The notes under the pieces were generated by a model. The model saw only the letters and a list, made by a program, of their open reading frames with translations, made no database searches and was not told the DNA's origin. 64,000 nt of DNA from Eledone cirrhosa (taxonomy: Eukaryota): assembly GCA_964016885.1 (NCBI GenBank), contig OZ024743.1, positions 256,246,001 through 256,310,000 on the forward strand, given 5' to 3'. Position numbers and translations under genes: made by a program. Of this stretch, positions 31,032 to 45,205 are shown one piece after another. Position 1 is the first letter of the stretch. Every line of letters begins with the position of its first letter.

Positions 31032-31091
31032 CAGAATTAGCCGTCGAAACGGCTTGAGCTCAGCCGTCGGGGTCTTACTTGTTCCTATATA

Positions 31092-31151
<60 letters not shown>

Positions 31152-31154
<3 letters not shown>

Positions 31155-33258
31155 TAGTTAAGCAAAACAAGACCACACATTTCACAAGGAATACATTATT
31201 AAAATATTGTCAACATATTTTAGTTTGATGTAAGGAATGTAGAGAACAATAATAATAATATTAATAATAATAATGTCCGTTTACAAATGTTTCACTACTC
31301 CATATCATATTTCTGGATCAGATGACTATATATCATAATTGATCTGGTTCAGTTGAAAATAATTAACATATTTAAAAGACAGAGGAGTGGCTCATCGGAA
31401 CTTCAAAGGAATATAAATTAAAATAATGGGATAATGTTACATAATATAATGTTCCATATATTGGTTTTTACTATGGTGTCTTGGTTGCATCAGTTGTCAG
31501 CCATAATCAAGCAGTATTCATCTGTCGAGGCTGCATTGTGTGAAATCTGCCTATGGGTAACAAGATGGCTGCCAAAGGGCATATTTACCTTACTAATTAG
31601 AGGGTGGTTTCAGGGGAAGTAACTTCTCGAGAGATTAGAAATTGTGGGTGTTTATAGTTAAGTGCTAATTTTTAAATTTTTTTAATTGAGAGACAATGTA
31701 GGGGAGGTAACTTATAATTATCGAGTTGTTCATAGCAATTTAACTTATTAGCTACAAGTAAAAATGGGCTACATGACTAAGTTGGGTAAAAAATTCTATT
31801 GGCGAAGGAAATAGCCCTTCGATGTTGACAGCTAATGGTTACCTCCGTCTATCGTTAATCGGTAGACGTCGTGATAGAGTTATGTAATATGCTTCCGTAA
31901 TACAGAGATCACAAGATTTTCTTCGTCCATTGAACGGTTGGGCCCTAGCCACGATATCCCATTTTAGTGAGTGTTGAACGTTGTTTAATTTAAGGTTTTT
32001 AATGAGCCTAGCTAGCGATGGCGAACATCTGTTGCTAGGGTCTCGGAAGGAAAAAGAGTGCGCGTTATAGCGTACCTTAAAAGGGTTAGAGGTAGACCCG
32101 ATATAAGAGCTGGTATTCGAAGCAGTCTTAACCGTGCACCTATAGACTATGTTGGGTGTCAGGCAGTGTCCATTTAATGGGCATGCATTGGGGTAACGGC
32201 AGTTGCAGTTGCCTTTGCGGTTAGTGAGAGCAGAGTTGTTTAACCTAAGCGGTAGGTCCGTGCTAGAAGGATTAGATGGGAGAGGTGTGCTACTAGAGTA
32301 ATTATTGGTGAGGAGGCGTGGTGTATTTGATAGGGGTGGTGGTACCGCGGTGTGGGAGTTATACTGTCTTAGCTTATGATGGTTACTGAACGCGATGTGG
32401 CTAGCTAGGTTAGGTGTTGTGGAGAATGAGATTTTAATGTTATTTTTATTAAAGAGTTTCTAATATATATGGTTGGTGGGGAAGTGTTTAGATAGGATAG
32501 AGAAGAAGCGTTTGGAGATATTAGTGGCTAGATTAGATGAGAATGGGAGGTTAAGCCAGGTGATATTTCTAGGTCTATTCCTTCTAGGGGGTCTAGTGGA
32601 GTTGGTAGGGGCCTTCCTAGGGTTATTATTACCTGGGGATTTGTTATTTGTCATCCCATTTCTCATTCCTATTCTAGGGTTGATTTTTAATTTGCTACTT
32701 GGAGTGGGGAGCAGGCCGCTGCCACCATTAAAGTTCCCTGTATAGGTGCTGTGACTGCTAAAATTCCGGCGAATCTGGCTATATGCTAAGGTATTCCTAG
32801 TTCTAGTATTAAGTTTATTATGGTGAATTGCTGTGTTATGGCATTTAGGTATGTAATAAATTGATTGTTTATAACCAGATTCAGAGAGAGCCTTATTATA
32901 ATATTGTGCGTGGTTTATAAATATCTCCTCATTTGCTGATAGCATAGGAGATAGATTTGATTACTGCTCTGATGACTGCCGGTGGGTGGTTAGAGTGTAG
33001 GCTAATATATGTGAGTATTTCACCTGGTTTATAGTAAGGGTTATAAAGGTTATTGTTGAGATCCAGGGTGACGTCTAGGAAGTTTATTAGTTTATGGTTC
33101 GGCTCGATGGTGATAGAGAGACCGTTATTTTTGAAGAATCCATGTAATTGTTTATTTAGCAAATCGATTCCCCGATTAGTGCAATTGTGGACCGCAAATA
33201 GGGCGTCGTCCCTGTATATTCCGCCTTGCATGGGTTGGATTTCGGCTCTGATGTTACG

Positions 33259-33260
<2 letters not shown>
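31152..33260 (-). mobile_element. Penelope-like element, 5'-truncated (RT C-half, thumb, GIY-YIG)
   Basis: GGIYRDDALF, NFLDVTLDL, SNHPP, ITWLNLPFS, CPLNGHCLTPNIVYRCTV..SYIGSTSNPFKVRYNAH; (TA)n flanks. Confidence 0.92.
31279..31401 (-). ncRNA. Hammerhead ribozyme with extended helix II
   Basis: gtt-CCGATGA-gccactcc..~82 nt..ggagtagt-GAAA-c attt g-TA-aac at the 3' end of the PLE. Confidence 0.6.
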
Positions 33261-33310
<50 letters not shown>

Positions 33311-33610
33311 GCATGATTTGTATCGTGGATGTGGGAGGGGAGATTGCCGACCAACGGGGATGGTGTCTAAATTTTCAGAAATTATCTTGGCACGTGGTCA
33401 AGTATAGCTCTTTTTACAAAACGTTTTTTTTTTGATTTCAGGTAGACGCCTGCCATCATCTACTTTTCTAAAAAACAAATCATACACAAAACGCCAGCAC
33501 CAACAATTTTGCAAGAGATGTCAACAGGAATGGACCTGTTATTTTTATCTAAAGACATTTTTTCCAATTCCAACCCGCCCATCCCCTCAATCTATTTTAT
33601 TTCTCATTCT

Positions 33611-33647
33611 TTCTCCCGATGAAGGACTAGTGTCCGAAATGTTAAGA
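33611..33647 (+). ncRNA. Degenerate minimal hammerhead motif (repeat family also at ~21230-21370 and, without the motif, 53124-53210)
   Basis: CCGATGA-a-ggac tagt gtcc-GAAA-tg-TT-aaga. Confidence 0.45.
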
Positions 33648-33734
33648 CCCTCTTCCTGCTATATTAGGCGTTAATCTAATATATACCTTCCATATACTGT
33701 ACCGATTGTGTTGTTATTTCTGTTTATCTTTTAC

Positions 33735-34135
<401 letters not shown>

Positions 34136-34229
34136 ATATTTATATATGTATATATATTATCAAATGATTCTATGGACATACTTTATAGTATATACATATA
34201 TATATATATATATTTATATATTTGTGTAT

Positions 34230-34770
<541 letters not shown>

Positions 34771-35076
34771 GAATTGGTGCTCTGAAATAGCGATATATAT
34801 ATGAATGTATATATAATGTATTTTGCAATACACTGTATGCTTTATTAAAAGCATTTTGAAGACCATACGCTATTGTTTTAAAATAGTGTCACTTATTTAA
34901 ATCTTCATTAAACAGGGGAAATAAACTGACAGAGCTCTGTTTCATACTTTTTGGTACTTATCACACACCCATATATATATATATATACAAGCAAAGGGAT
35001 ATTTAATTTGCTGGTAATTCAACAAATTTATTTATTGTAACAGTCTCGAAGCACTCTTCATATTTCCTGGAGTATA

Positions 35077-35424
35077 ATATCAATGATATTAATAAATAAA
35101 TGGAAACTATATTTATAAAACCATATTTATTTTATTATATATATTTCAAGGGTACCAAAAAAAACTTTGGTATGCGCTCATCAGATAAATTCAAAATTTG
35201 TTTTATAAATAGTGACATACCCGATAAACCAGACCCTATCGGTTCAGGAAATGTAACCTGAACCGATAGGGTCTGGTTTATCGGGTATGTCAGTATTTAT
35301 AAAACAAATTTTGTATTATATCTGATGAGAGCGTACCAAAGTTTTTTGGGGTACTATTGAAAAATATATAATAAAATAAATATTGTTTTATAAATATAGT
35401 TTCCATTTATTAATATCATTGATA
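35077..35424. mobile_element. Fold-back palindrome of a PLE pLTR, HHR in each arm (35129-35190 minus, 35316-35377 plus)
   Basis: Loop aaatgtaa at 35249-35256; CTGATGA..taccaaa/tttggta..GAAA-tatata-TA; related to the 27290-27612 pLTR. Confidence 0.85.
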
Positions 35425-35449
35425 TATATATATATACACATATATATAT

Positions 35450-36047
35450 ATGGTGGCTGCCAACTCGTTTTCGAGTACGGCCACTACTTTATATCCATGT
35501 AGGAGAACCCCTACCGATGTGCTGAACGAGTGCGACATTTTAGTCCAGCCAGCGACTTGAAAACTCTGGTACAAACACTACACTTGTGACAATTATTGAC
35601 ACATAGTGCTGGGCCCATGGTACCATGTGAGGACAAGTGCAGAGATCTCCAGATATAAAACAATGCTTGTGCCGTGAAGCTTTTATAGTGAGCAAAGGCA
35701 CTGCACAAAGCCAGTCCCACTCTCTTAACCAAGATGATATTTACCAAAAAGAGAAACAAGTCAACATCATTGGATATCATCAGGTTGCAGGTGTTATATC
35801 AGAGATTTCCTTCTCCTAGAATTCTGCCTTGACAAAGACTAAGGGGTCATCTATCCCGGTGATTTTGGATGGCCATTGACTCTTAAGAGCCCATTTTCCC
35901 TTTGACAGGTTTTGTTTTTAGTCCTGAAGGATGTCCAAAGTCACCCTCCTTACTAAGAAACCTTGGTAGGGTTGTCAGTTTAATCGCCAACGACCCGACC
36001 ATGAGACAGGTTGTACTGGGATACATGTTACCAACTGGTGACCTGAC
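35450..36047 (-). mobile_element. ~600-bp non-autonomous LINE derivative (second copy 52505-53113, plus strand)
   Basis: Two copies with shared ends; 3' part encodes a CSVCTRVFKSLAGLK..R.AH zinc-finger remnant like some RTE C-termini. Confidence 0.7.
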
Positions 36048-36067
36048 ATACATATATATATATACAC

Positions 36068-36221
<154 letters not shown>

Positions 36222-36324
36222 GTTATTCCGGGTTGAATCGGAGGTAACCACAGTAAGTAAGGTACTCAATACATTGCAGAGTATAAAAGTTTTAATATAG
36301 ATGAGATTCTCATCTATATTAAAA

Positions 36325-36398
<74 letters not shown>

Positions 36399-36465
36399 TG
36401 TATATATACACACACACACACACATATATATACATATATATATACATATATATATTTATATATAT

Positions 36466-36768
<303 letters not shown>

Positions 36769-39579
36769 TCTTTGACACACACGTTTCTATTTACGACCAG
36801 CCAGACAGACAATATGAACTACATTAAAAAGTATAAAATTTTTTTCCTTAATACTTCTGCACTTAGCGAAAGTAAAGACATTTTTATTCAAATTCTCAAA
36901 GATTGAAAAATAAAGAATTTCAAGCAGAAACAGGAGATCGTTAACTGATGCTTCATTAAACAATCCATTTTCCGTCTTCATATTATAATTTTTTAGTTTT
37001 AAGTTAAGGAATTCCTATATTTTTTACTCTCTTACTTTGAAAGTTATTCTCCGACTGATGCAAGTCAACTCATACTGTCAATATATTTTATGTTTTATAT
37101 TTTGATTATGTTTTATATTTTACTTTATTTTATTTTGTGTTATTTTATTCATTTATTTTTTGTTTTTTGGTTACTTTCAACAATAAAATTACATTCTGAA
37201 TTTTTCTAAAAATTTCTACAAGTTGAAAGCACTTTTAGTAAAAAAAATACAAAGAGAAGAAAAACAAAAATATCATGATGAGTGGTAGTTATGGTGATGG
37301 TGGTGATGGTGTTGGTGGTGGTAGTAATGGTAGTGATGGTGGTGGTTACAATTATGAGTATGGTGTTGGTGTTGTTGGTAATGATATGTTGTGGAGGTGC
37401 TGGTGGGGTGTTGGTGGTTGAGATGTTGGTGGTGTTGATGTTGCTGGTAGTGATGAAGGCAATGATACAGAAGATGAGAGTAAAGACGATGACAATGATG
37501 ACAATGACAGTAATTATGATGATGATAAGGAGGGGTAAAACAGGTAAGGGATACAAATAGTAGGTGGGAGATGGTGGGGACAGAGGTTTAACACGAATTA
37601 TGTTATTAATAATAATAAAAAATCAATATTCACTACAAAAATTTTAGTTCAAAGGGTTCAAAGGTTCAGCCCATCCCCTGATTAGAAGCAAAACTTATGA
37701 AATCCTCTCTCAAAATTCCCTTGAGAAAACATAAAACAGACAAATCAAAATAAATTAGCTGCGGTCTTATTGAAGCCAGGAATCTCAACTATTTTAAAAA
37801 TCCATTAAATTGATCCTTGTTTACATTATTCTAAGATCCAATAATGTGATTATAATATTTGTTTTACTTCTACTGAAGATCTAAACTAGTCAAACCATGA
37901 TTTAAAAAAAATATTATTATTTTCATTGCTTTAATGCTGAGTTCATGTTATTTCACTTTGTCTGAGATATTGTTTTCTCCAATATGGACTAATGTAGCTT
38001 AAATTAGTGCAGGCATAGCTAAACAAAACCCTCATATATATATATATCATCACCATTGTCCTTTAACATCTATTTACCTTGCTAGCAATGGTTGGACAGG
38101 TGTTCACAAGCTGAGTCAGTACTTAATTGATGCTCCTGACATCTCAGGCAGGTTAAGAGTGTGCATTTTGCTCACATATATTTCCTGCACTCTACAGAAT
38201 ACACTACTTATATTAGATCATGGCACTACAAACAAGGGAAGATGTCATGTCTTTGATATTCCTGAATAGTCCTCTTGACTTTTGGCATGGAAGTTTTCTA
38301 TGGTTACATGTCTTTCCTATTACCAAAACAGTACAAATGAAACTGGGTGCATTGAACGTGACATCAATACTAGAGATGCTATCATGCCTTGTAATAAATG
38401 AAGAGAGCTTTGATATATATATATATATACATATAAAGGCAAACAGAAATAACAAAACAAACGACACAATACAATAAAGAAATGTATTAGTTTTATGCTT
38501 GATATAGTATGAAGAGAGTCTTACCCTTTCAGATGCTAGTCATTCATGAGAAAATAGAATTATAAATTAAAGAAGAAATAGAAAGATAGAAGCAAGTGGG
38601 CAGTGATGCAAACGCATCACAATTTTACTGCATATCTCTTTGTTTTTCCTATATTGTCACAACTTCGAAGCAAGTTATTAATTAATAAAAGAATATTTAA
38701 ATAGTAACTATTGTTATTTCTTCATTCAATACTGGCTATGGAAAATATATATCTTGACTCTCTCAGCATTTTAGATGGAACAGATCAACTTACACATTTA
38801 CCCATCTAGCCAATGTTTACTGCTACAAATTTCCTGCCATAACACGATGAACCACTGGCCAATTCAGTCAACAACACAAATAATTTCTAAGTTAGCTACC
38901 TACTAACACACACACATATATATATATATGTATGTATATAAAGAAATCGCACCCGTACCAGCAACAAATGTAAATATTGCATCTTGGATTGCATAATCAT
39001 AATGAATAAACTCTTTATGTAATCACTGAATCTTTCTTAATGGTATTCTTTACGTATATTTGCTTGTATGTGTTATGGCATATATTTATATATACTGGTA
39101 CATGTGCATATGGTTATGTGTATACGTGAGTTTTGCGTCTGTGTGAGTATGCGGGTTCGTACGTATGTAGGGTATGTGTATATATATACTTTGTGTTTTG
39201 GTTGAAGTACGTCTGCGAACATATGTGTATATACATGTAGGTATGTGTGTGCGAGCGTTATATAGGTATATATGTGTACGTATATGGATGCGTGCATGTA
39301 TATATTTAATTTCAATTACCTCTGTAATTTATTTACTTTATTCTTAACTCTGAAGCCGAGAATCATTCGGTTTCCTCAATAGAATTTTAGTCTACGACTT
39401 CAGTTATACCATATACGTGGTTTTGTCTTTGCGTGTAATTGTTCTCCACGCTCCATATAATGCCGTATTATCTTCGTTTGTTTTACCAGGGAACGTTTCC
39501 ACGAACCAAAGTATCGTCTTCCTTCGGTTGCAACGTTTTTTTGAAATATTCACTTCTGCGTTCACAGATTTATTTTTTT

Positions 39580-39630
39580 AGTTTCAGAAGATCCCGTTAA
39601 GGGTGAAAGCAGCGATTCTTTGCTTAAACT
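39580..39630 (+). ncRNA. Hammerhead-like motif with A4 core (copies 24243-24293, 33958-34008 minus, 34060-34110)
   Basis: agttt-CAGAAGA-tccc gttaa gggt-GAAA-gca..tgc-TT-aaact. Confidence 0.55.
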
Positions 39631-39741
39631 TTAATCTGTTATTTTAATAGATATTTGCTCTACGGTTCTTATATATTTGATATATATTTATCCTTATCGA
39701 GCCCTCTTTGGATTTTAGTCTTCAAATTTTATTATTATTAC

Positions 39742-39865
<124 letters not shown>

Positions 39866-40077
39866 GCTTTTTATGCAAACTTGAAGTACGTGAATTCGCT
39901 TTAATGTCTCTTGAAAAAATATTAAATATTCACTTTGCGCAAATAATGTACTATAAGGTGTGGTTTTTAATTTTTTTCTTTATCACAAATACGCGACTTG
40001 CATTACGCAAATTTTCTTTACATGTCGTGTTTACAAACGCATCTTCTCATAAAAAGTGAATACTATATATATATGTA

Positions 40078-40624
40078 TACTTGGCGTGGCAATAAAGTCT
40101 TTAGAATAGTAGGCTCTATGTCGTATATAGCAGTAAATGTATTTAATTTTAGTTGGAATTTGAACTTTGTTGTATGCGTGTGATATTCTGTATGAATGCT
40201 GTATTTTGTCACAGGCCTATGCATAATAATTTTGCTGTCGTTCTTGTGAGCTTATAATACCCGCATCGAACTGCTCAATCCACAAAAGATTTCTTCCAGA
40301 GGAGAGTGGCAATGACCAAACAATCACCCTATAGTCCCAACTTAAATTTGTGCGATCATTGGGTGTTCAAGTTATTAAAGCAACACCTTTGAAAATGTGT
40401 TTTCGCTTCATTAGAAGATGTGGTAGATGAATTGTTGCGCTGGATTTGACAATTGTCAAAGGAACGGTTCCAGAAAGAGTTAAATACTTTTGCATAAGCA
40501 CTGTTTAAGATGTTATTGCATTCAATGGATATTATGTTTTGCTGAATAAATAAATTTTAGTTTCAATATGTTGTGCATTTTCATTTAAAGTGTTATTCTA
40601 AAGACTTTATTGCTACACCAAGTA
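40078..40624 (+). mobile_element. Tc1/mariner internal-deletion derivative
   Basis: 31-bp TIRs tacttggcgtggcaataaagtctttagaata / tattctaaagactttattgctacaccaagta; TA TSD; remnant QSPYSPNLNLCDHWVFKLLKQHL. Confidence 0.9.
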
Positions 40625-40905
40625 TAAATATATAAACATAGAGAGATAGATGAGAGGTTATTTATTATTCATTATTCATCTTAGTATTCTATTCTTAAGA
40701 AAAATAGAGTATATATATTAATATAAAGATTATTTGCGCTATGGGTAAGCTTCTAACTTTTCATTAGTCAATGAGAATTATTTCTCACTAGCTCTGAAAA
40801 TGTTAGAGGCGTAATCATAGGGCAAAAATCATCATAATAATAATAGTAAAAGTACACACACACATATATATATATATATAGATACATGCACACATATAAA
40901 TATAA

Positions 40906-40990
<85 letters not shown>

Positions 40991-41689
40991 TTTAAATATA
41001 ACATGGACAAACACTACTTGATACTTCGTAAATTACCACAGACTGTGAAACCATGTAGCCGATGCAGAGAACTATCATGTTGCTATTTGGCGGCTATTTA
41101 ACAAGAACAAGATGAAAGCCAGTGAAACAACAGATCAAAGACTGGGAGCATGACTAACAACCTCATTACTAAGTAGGCAACACTTTTATAGCAATCCTTT
41201 TTTTGCACCAGACAGAAGACAACAAAGAAAAACGATGTTTCCCTTCATCCTTCTTTCAATCAAACACTAAACACCACTTAAGGAACAAAACCTGCATACA
41301 GTGAGAGAGAGGGGGAGAAGCATGGAAGGAAGGAGGATCTTGGCAAGAGTACCAATTAGTTATTTATAAATGTGTTGGTACCTGTGGAAAAAAAATGTTC
41401 CAGAAGAAAACTACAGCAACAAAATGAGGAAGTGGTTGTAAATATGTTATGCTTTCATAATATTGAAGTGATGTCAAAATTAATCTTCTATATCACAACG
41501 ATAAAAAAAGGGTGTTTATTAATTAAGTATAGTTGAAATGAGAATATTAGTGGAAGGTTATATATACATGCACACTCACACACAAACAAAAACACACATA
41601 TAGTGTCAAATAGAGTTCAAAGCAAAAAGAATTACCGCGAGTTAAATCATGCCAAATTTTATAAGTTCTTTTTTTGAGAATATACATAT

Positions 41690-43130
41690 CATCGTAATCA
41701 TCATGATTATCACAATTAAACGTCCATTTTCTATGCTAGCATGGGTTAGTCGAGTTGCCTCCTTGTGAAACAAGTCATTTCAGATGATTCTATCTTGCCC
41801 ATACAGAAGCGTTTCTAGCTTGGTTTTTATGGCTGAATGTCCTTCCTAAGCCTACACTTTTTACAGTGTGAACTGGGTACTTTTTATCATGGCACCAAAA
41901 GAACCACTTTACAGTGTGGATGGGGTACTTTTTGTTGTGTCAGCAATTCAGACACTTTACAGTGGGAACCGGGTACTTTTTTCTGTGGCACTAATATGAT
42001 CATTTTATAGTGTAGACTGGGCACTTTTGTGATGAAACTACCATGACCACTTTACTGGTTGGACTGTGTGCTTTTGTCGTGTTACCATCACAACCACTTT
42101 CTAGGGCGGACTAGGAACTTATTATTGTTATGTAGCTAATATTACTACCATACAGGGTGGACTCAGTGCATTTTTTCGTGCCACCATCATGATCACCTTA
42201 CAGGACAGACTGGGCACTCTTTGTCACATCACCATCCCGACCACTCCACAGGGTGGATTAGGTGCCTCCTTTCATGTGCTCAATATGGCCATTTTGCAGG
42301 ATGAACTGCGTGCTTATTTTTCTTGACGTCAGCATGACCACCTTGCCGAGAGATTTACATGCTCTTTTGTCATGATACCTAAGAGAGAAGAGTCGGTGCT
42401 CTTTTGTCATGAGACCAACGTAAGCAACTTACATTGTACACTAGGGGCTTTGTTATGTTGCCACATGACCACCTTACATGATGGGTGAGAGCTTTCAGCC
42501 ATTTCAGCAGCCTTGTAAGAGTACATATTCATCTTTCCATATTTGTATACATGGGTTGGTCGAGAGGTGTGCATCATATGGGGAAATGGGTGTGGGTGTT
42601 GCACGTATGTGAGGATTGGAGAGGTAGGTCATGGGTGGAATACTTAGCAGGTGATGTGTGGAATGATTAAAACGTGGGAGCATCTATTGGAGCATGAAAG
42701 CTTTACTTCATAGGTACTCTGAACACAGTGCCCAGGTCTCTCTACCATGCATCATTGCTGTCTGCAAACACACATCATATAATCTGCGTTTTAAGTAAAA
42801 ACCTTTTGTACTTAGCAGCAGTATTAGCTCCTTGAACTTTCTCCATCCTATTCTCACTCTGGCTACTGTACATTTGGAACACCAAGTTCCACTGCTAATT
42901 TGGTCACCCAAGTAATAGAAACTATCAACTAATTCTAGAGAGCCTTCTGTGCATATAAAGGAGCTAGTATCATGTGAGTGCTTGCTACTTACTGATCCTG
43001 TGCATCGACCATATATAAAACCTATATTCAGTGCTAGCCCACCTGAGATCTCATTCTAGGCCATGATTCCAGGTTTGGAATTTCTTCTATAGTTCTGCCA
43101 TAGATTCAGCTTCAAGTGTTAGATAATCTG
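41690..43130 (-). mobile_element. RTE LINE fragments with expanded ~40-bp minisatellite in the 3' UTR (41855-42480)
   Basis: ORF 42708-42911 (ARVRIGWRKFKEL..LYDVCLQTAMMHG); repeated acagtgtggactgggtgctttt units. Confidence 0.75.
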
Positions 43131-43609
43131 CATAGAAAAGTTCCTATGAGAACTTAAAGTCTTCTGTTACAGCCTGAAAGATGATAACAAACAGGAAAGG
43201 GCTAAGAACTGAATCCTGATGGAGTCCTACCTGCATGCTAAATTATTCGCTATTGTCATTGTTAATTCTAACCTTGCTGACAGTTCCTCTATACATGAAA
43301 CATTGTACATGCTCATTTTTCTGGTTTCAGAGATGATGAGGGTGAAGATGTGTGTGTAAACTTGTCTTGTACATCGCTTTTCTTTATTTCCTTGTCTGGT
43401 CACTTCTGTGCACCAACACACCTCTCCTTGTCTGCCTCCTCTTTCAATCTTTTCTGTATTTTATCTGCCTGACACCCACATTGTGGATTGTTCCTCTGTT
43501 GACCACTGGCCACTGGCCTCTGTCTTCTGTGGCAGTTTTGCCTATTGCTGGCTTTGACAGCATTTAGCTGCTTTTACGACTGTACTAGCAATATGTATTC
43601 TCATTTTTG

Positions 43610-43651
<42 letters not shown>

Positions 43652-43674
43652 TATATATATAAATATATATATGC

Positions 43675-43973
<299 letters not shown>

Positions 43974-43974
<1 letters not shown>

Positions 43975-45106
43975 TTAATGCAATGAAATATCTATGATCG
44001 TCGGCAAATCACTGATGAGGGACTTATTTTATTACATGTTATCCATGTGCAACCTGCAGTATTTTTCTCCCCATTTTTTCACATATATTTACCTAATCTG
44101 CGATTCTGTATTTTTCTCTCTCTCTCTCTTACTGCTACCTCGTTATCTCTGTTTCTCCTACTTTCTTTCGCCCCCTCTGTCATGTCAGTTAACTCTTCCT
44201 CACACTTCCACTCACTCACTGTTTCTCCTCTTCTCACTTCACCCTGTTCGCGACGAAAACATTTTCTCTCTTTCTCACATTTGAATTCGTTCCCGAAAGG
44301 TCTTTTTTCTAAGCGCTCATATATTCACCTAGCTTATGCTAACAGAATAACTATGAAGCTTGTTCCCTTCCTTCTACAGTTAGCTCTCCTCTTTGTTGTT
44401 ATCTTGTCTCACTCGCTTTACGCGTTTTAATTGTCCTAATAACTTAATTTAGTTATTATTGCACCGACGTGAGGTATATGATTTTTAATGCAATGAAATA
44501 TCAATGATCGTCGGCAAATCACTGATGAGGGACTTATTTTATTACATGTTATCCATGTGCAACCTGCAGTATTCTTCTCCCCATTTTTTCACATATATTT
44601 ACCTAAACTGCGATTCTGTTTTTTTCTCTCTCTCTCTCTCTTACTGCTCCCTCGTTCTCTCTGTTTCTCCTACTTTCTATCGCCCCCTCTGGCATGTCAG
44701 TTAACTCTTCCTCACACTTCCACTCACTCACTCACTGTTTCTCCTCTTCTCACTTCACCCCGTTCGCGACGAAAACATTTTCTCTCTTTCTCACATTTGA
44801 ATTCATTCCCGAAAGGTCTTTTTTCTAAGCGCTCATATATTCACCTAGCTTATGATAACAGAATAACTATGAAGCTTGTTCCCTTCCTTCTACGGTTAGC
44901 TCTCCTCTTTGTTGTTATCTTGTCTCACTCGCTTTACGCGTTTTAATTGTCCTAATAACTTAATTTAGTTATTATTGCACCGACGTGAGGTATATGATTT
45001 TTAATGCAATGAAATATCTATTATCGTCGGCAAATCACTGATGAGGGACTTATTTTATTACATGTTATCCATGTGCAACCTGCAGTATTCTTCTCCCCAT
45101 TTTTTC

Positions 45107-45108
<2 letters not shown>
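43974..45108 (+). mobile_element. ~510-bp head-to-tail tandem element (2.2 units), retrozyme/pLTR-like
   Basis: CTGATGA at 44012, 44522 and 45038; (TA)n flanks; homologous array at 59198-59940 on the minus strand. Confidence 0.9.
44433..44533 (+). ncRNA. Candidate non-circularly permuted hammerhead ribozyme (copies 44949-45049 plus; 59258-59358 and 59804-59904 minus)
   Basis: GGTAT-A-TGATTT ... T-GAAA-TATC ... AAATCA-CTGATGA-G; six helices; covariation between copies. Confidence 0.65.
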
Positions 45109-45144
<36 letters not shown>

Positions 45145-45149
45145 GCATA

Positions 45150-45198
<49 letters not shown>

Positions 45199-45205
<7 letters not shown>

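Noticed and set aside
44012-44302. Conventional type I HHR using CTGATGA-gggac with distant gttccc-GAAA-ggtc
   Set aside because: No helix I, and the pairing is not kept in the 59-kb copy; the permuted model explains more pairs
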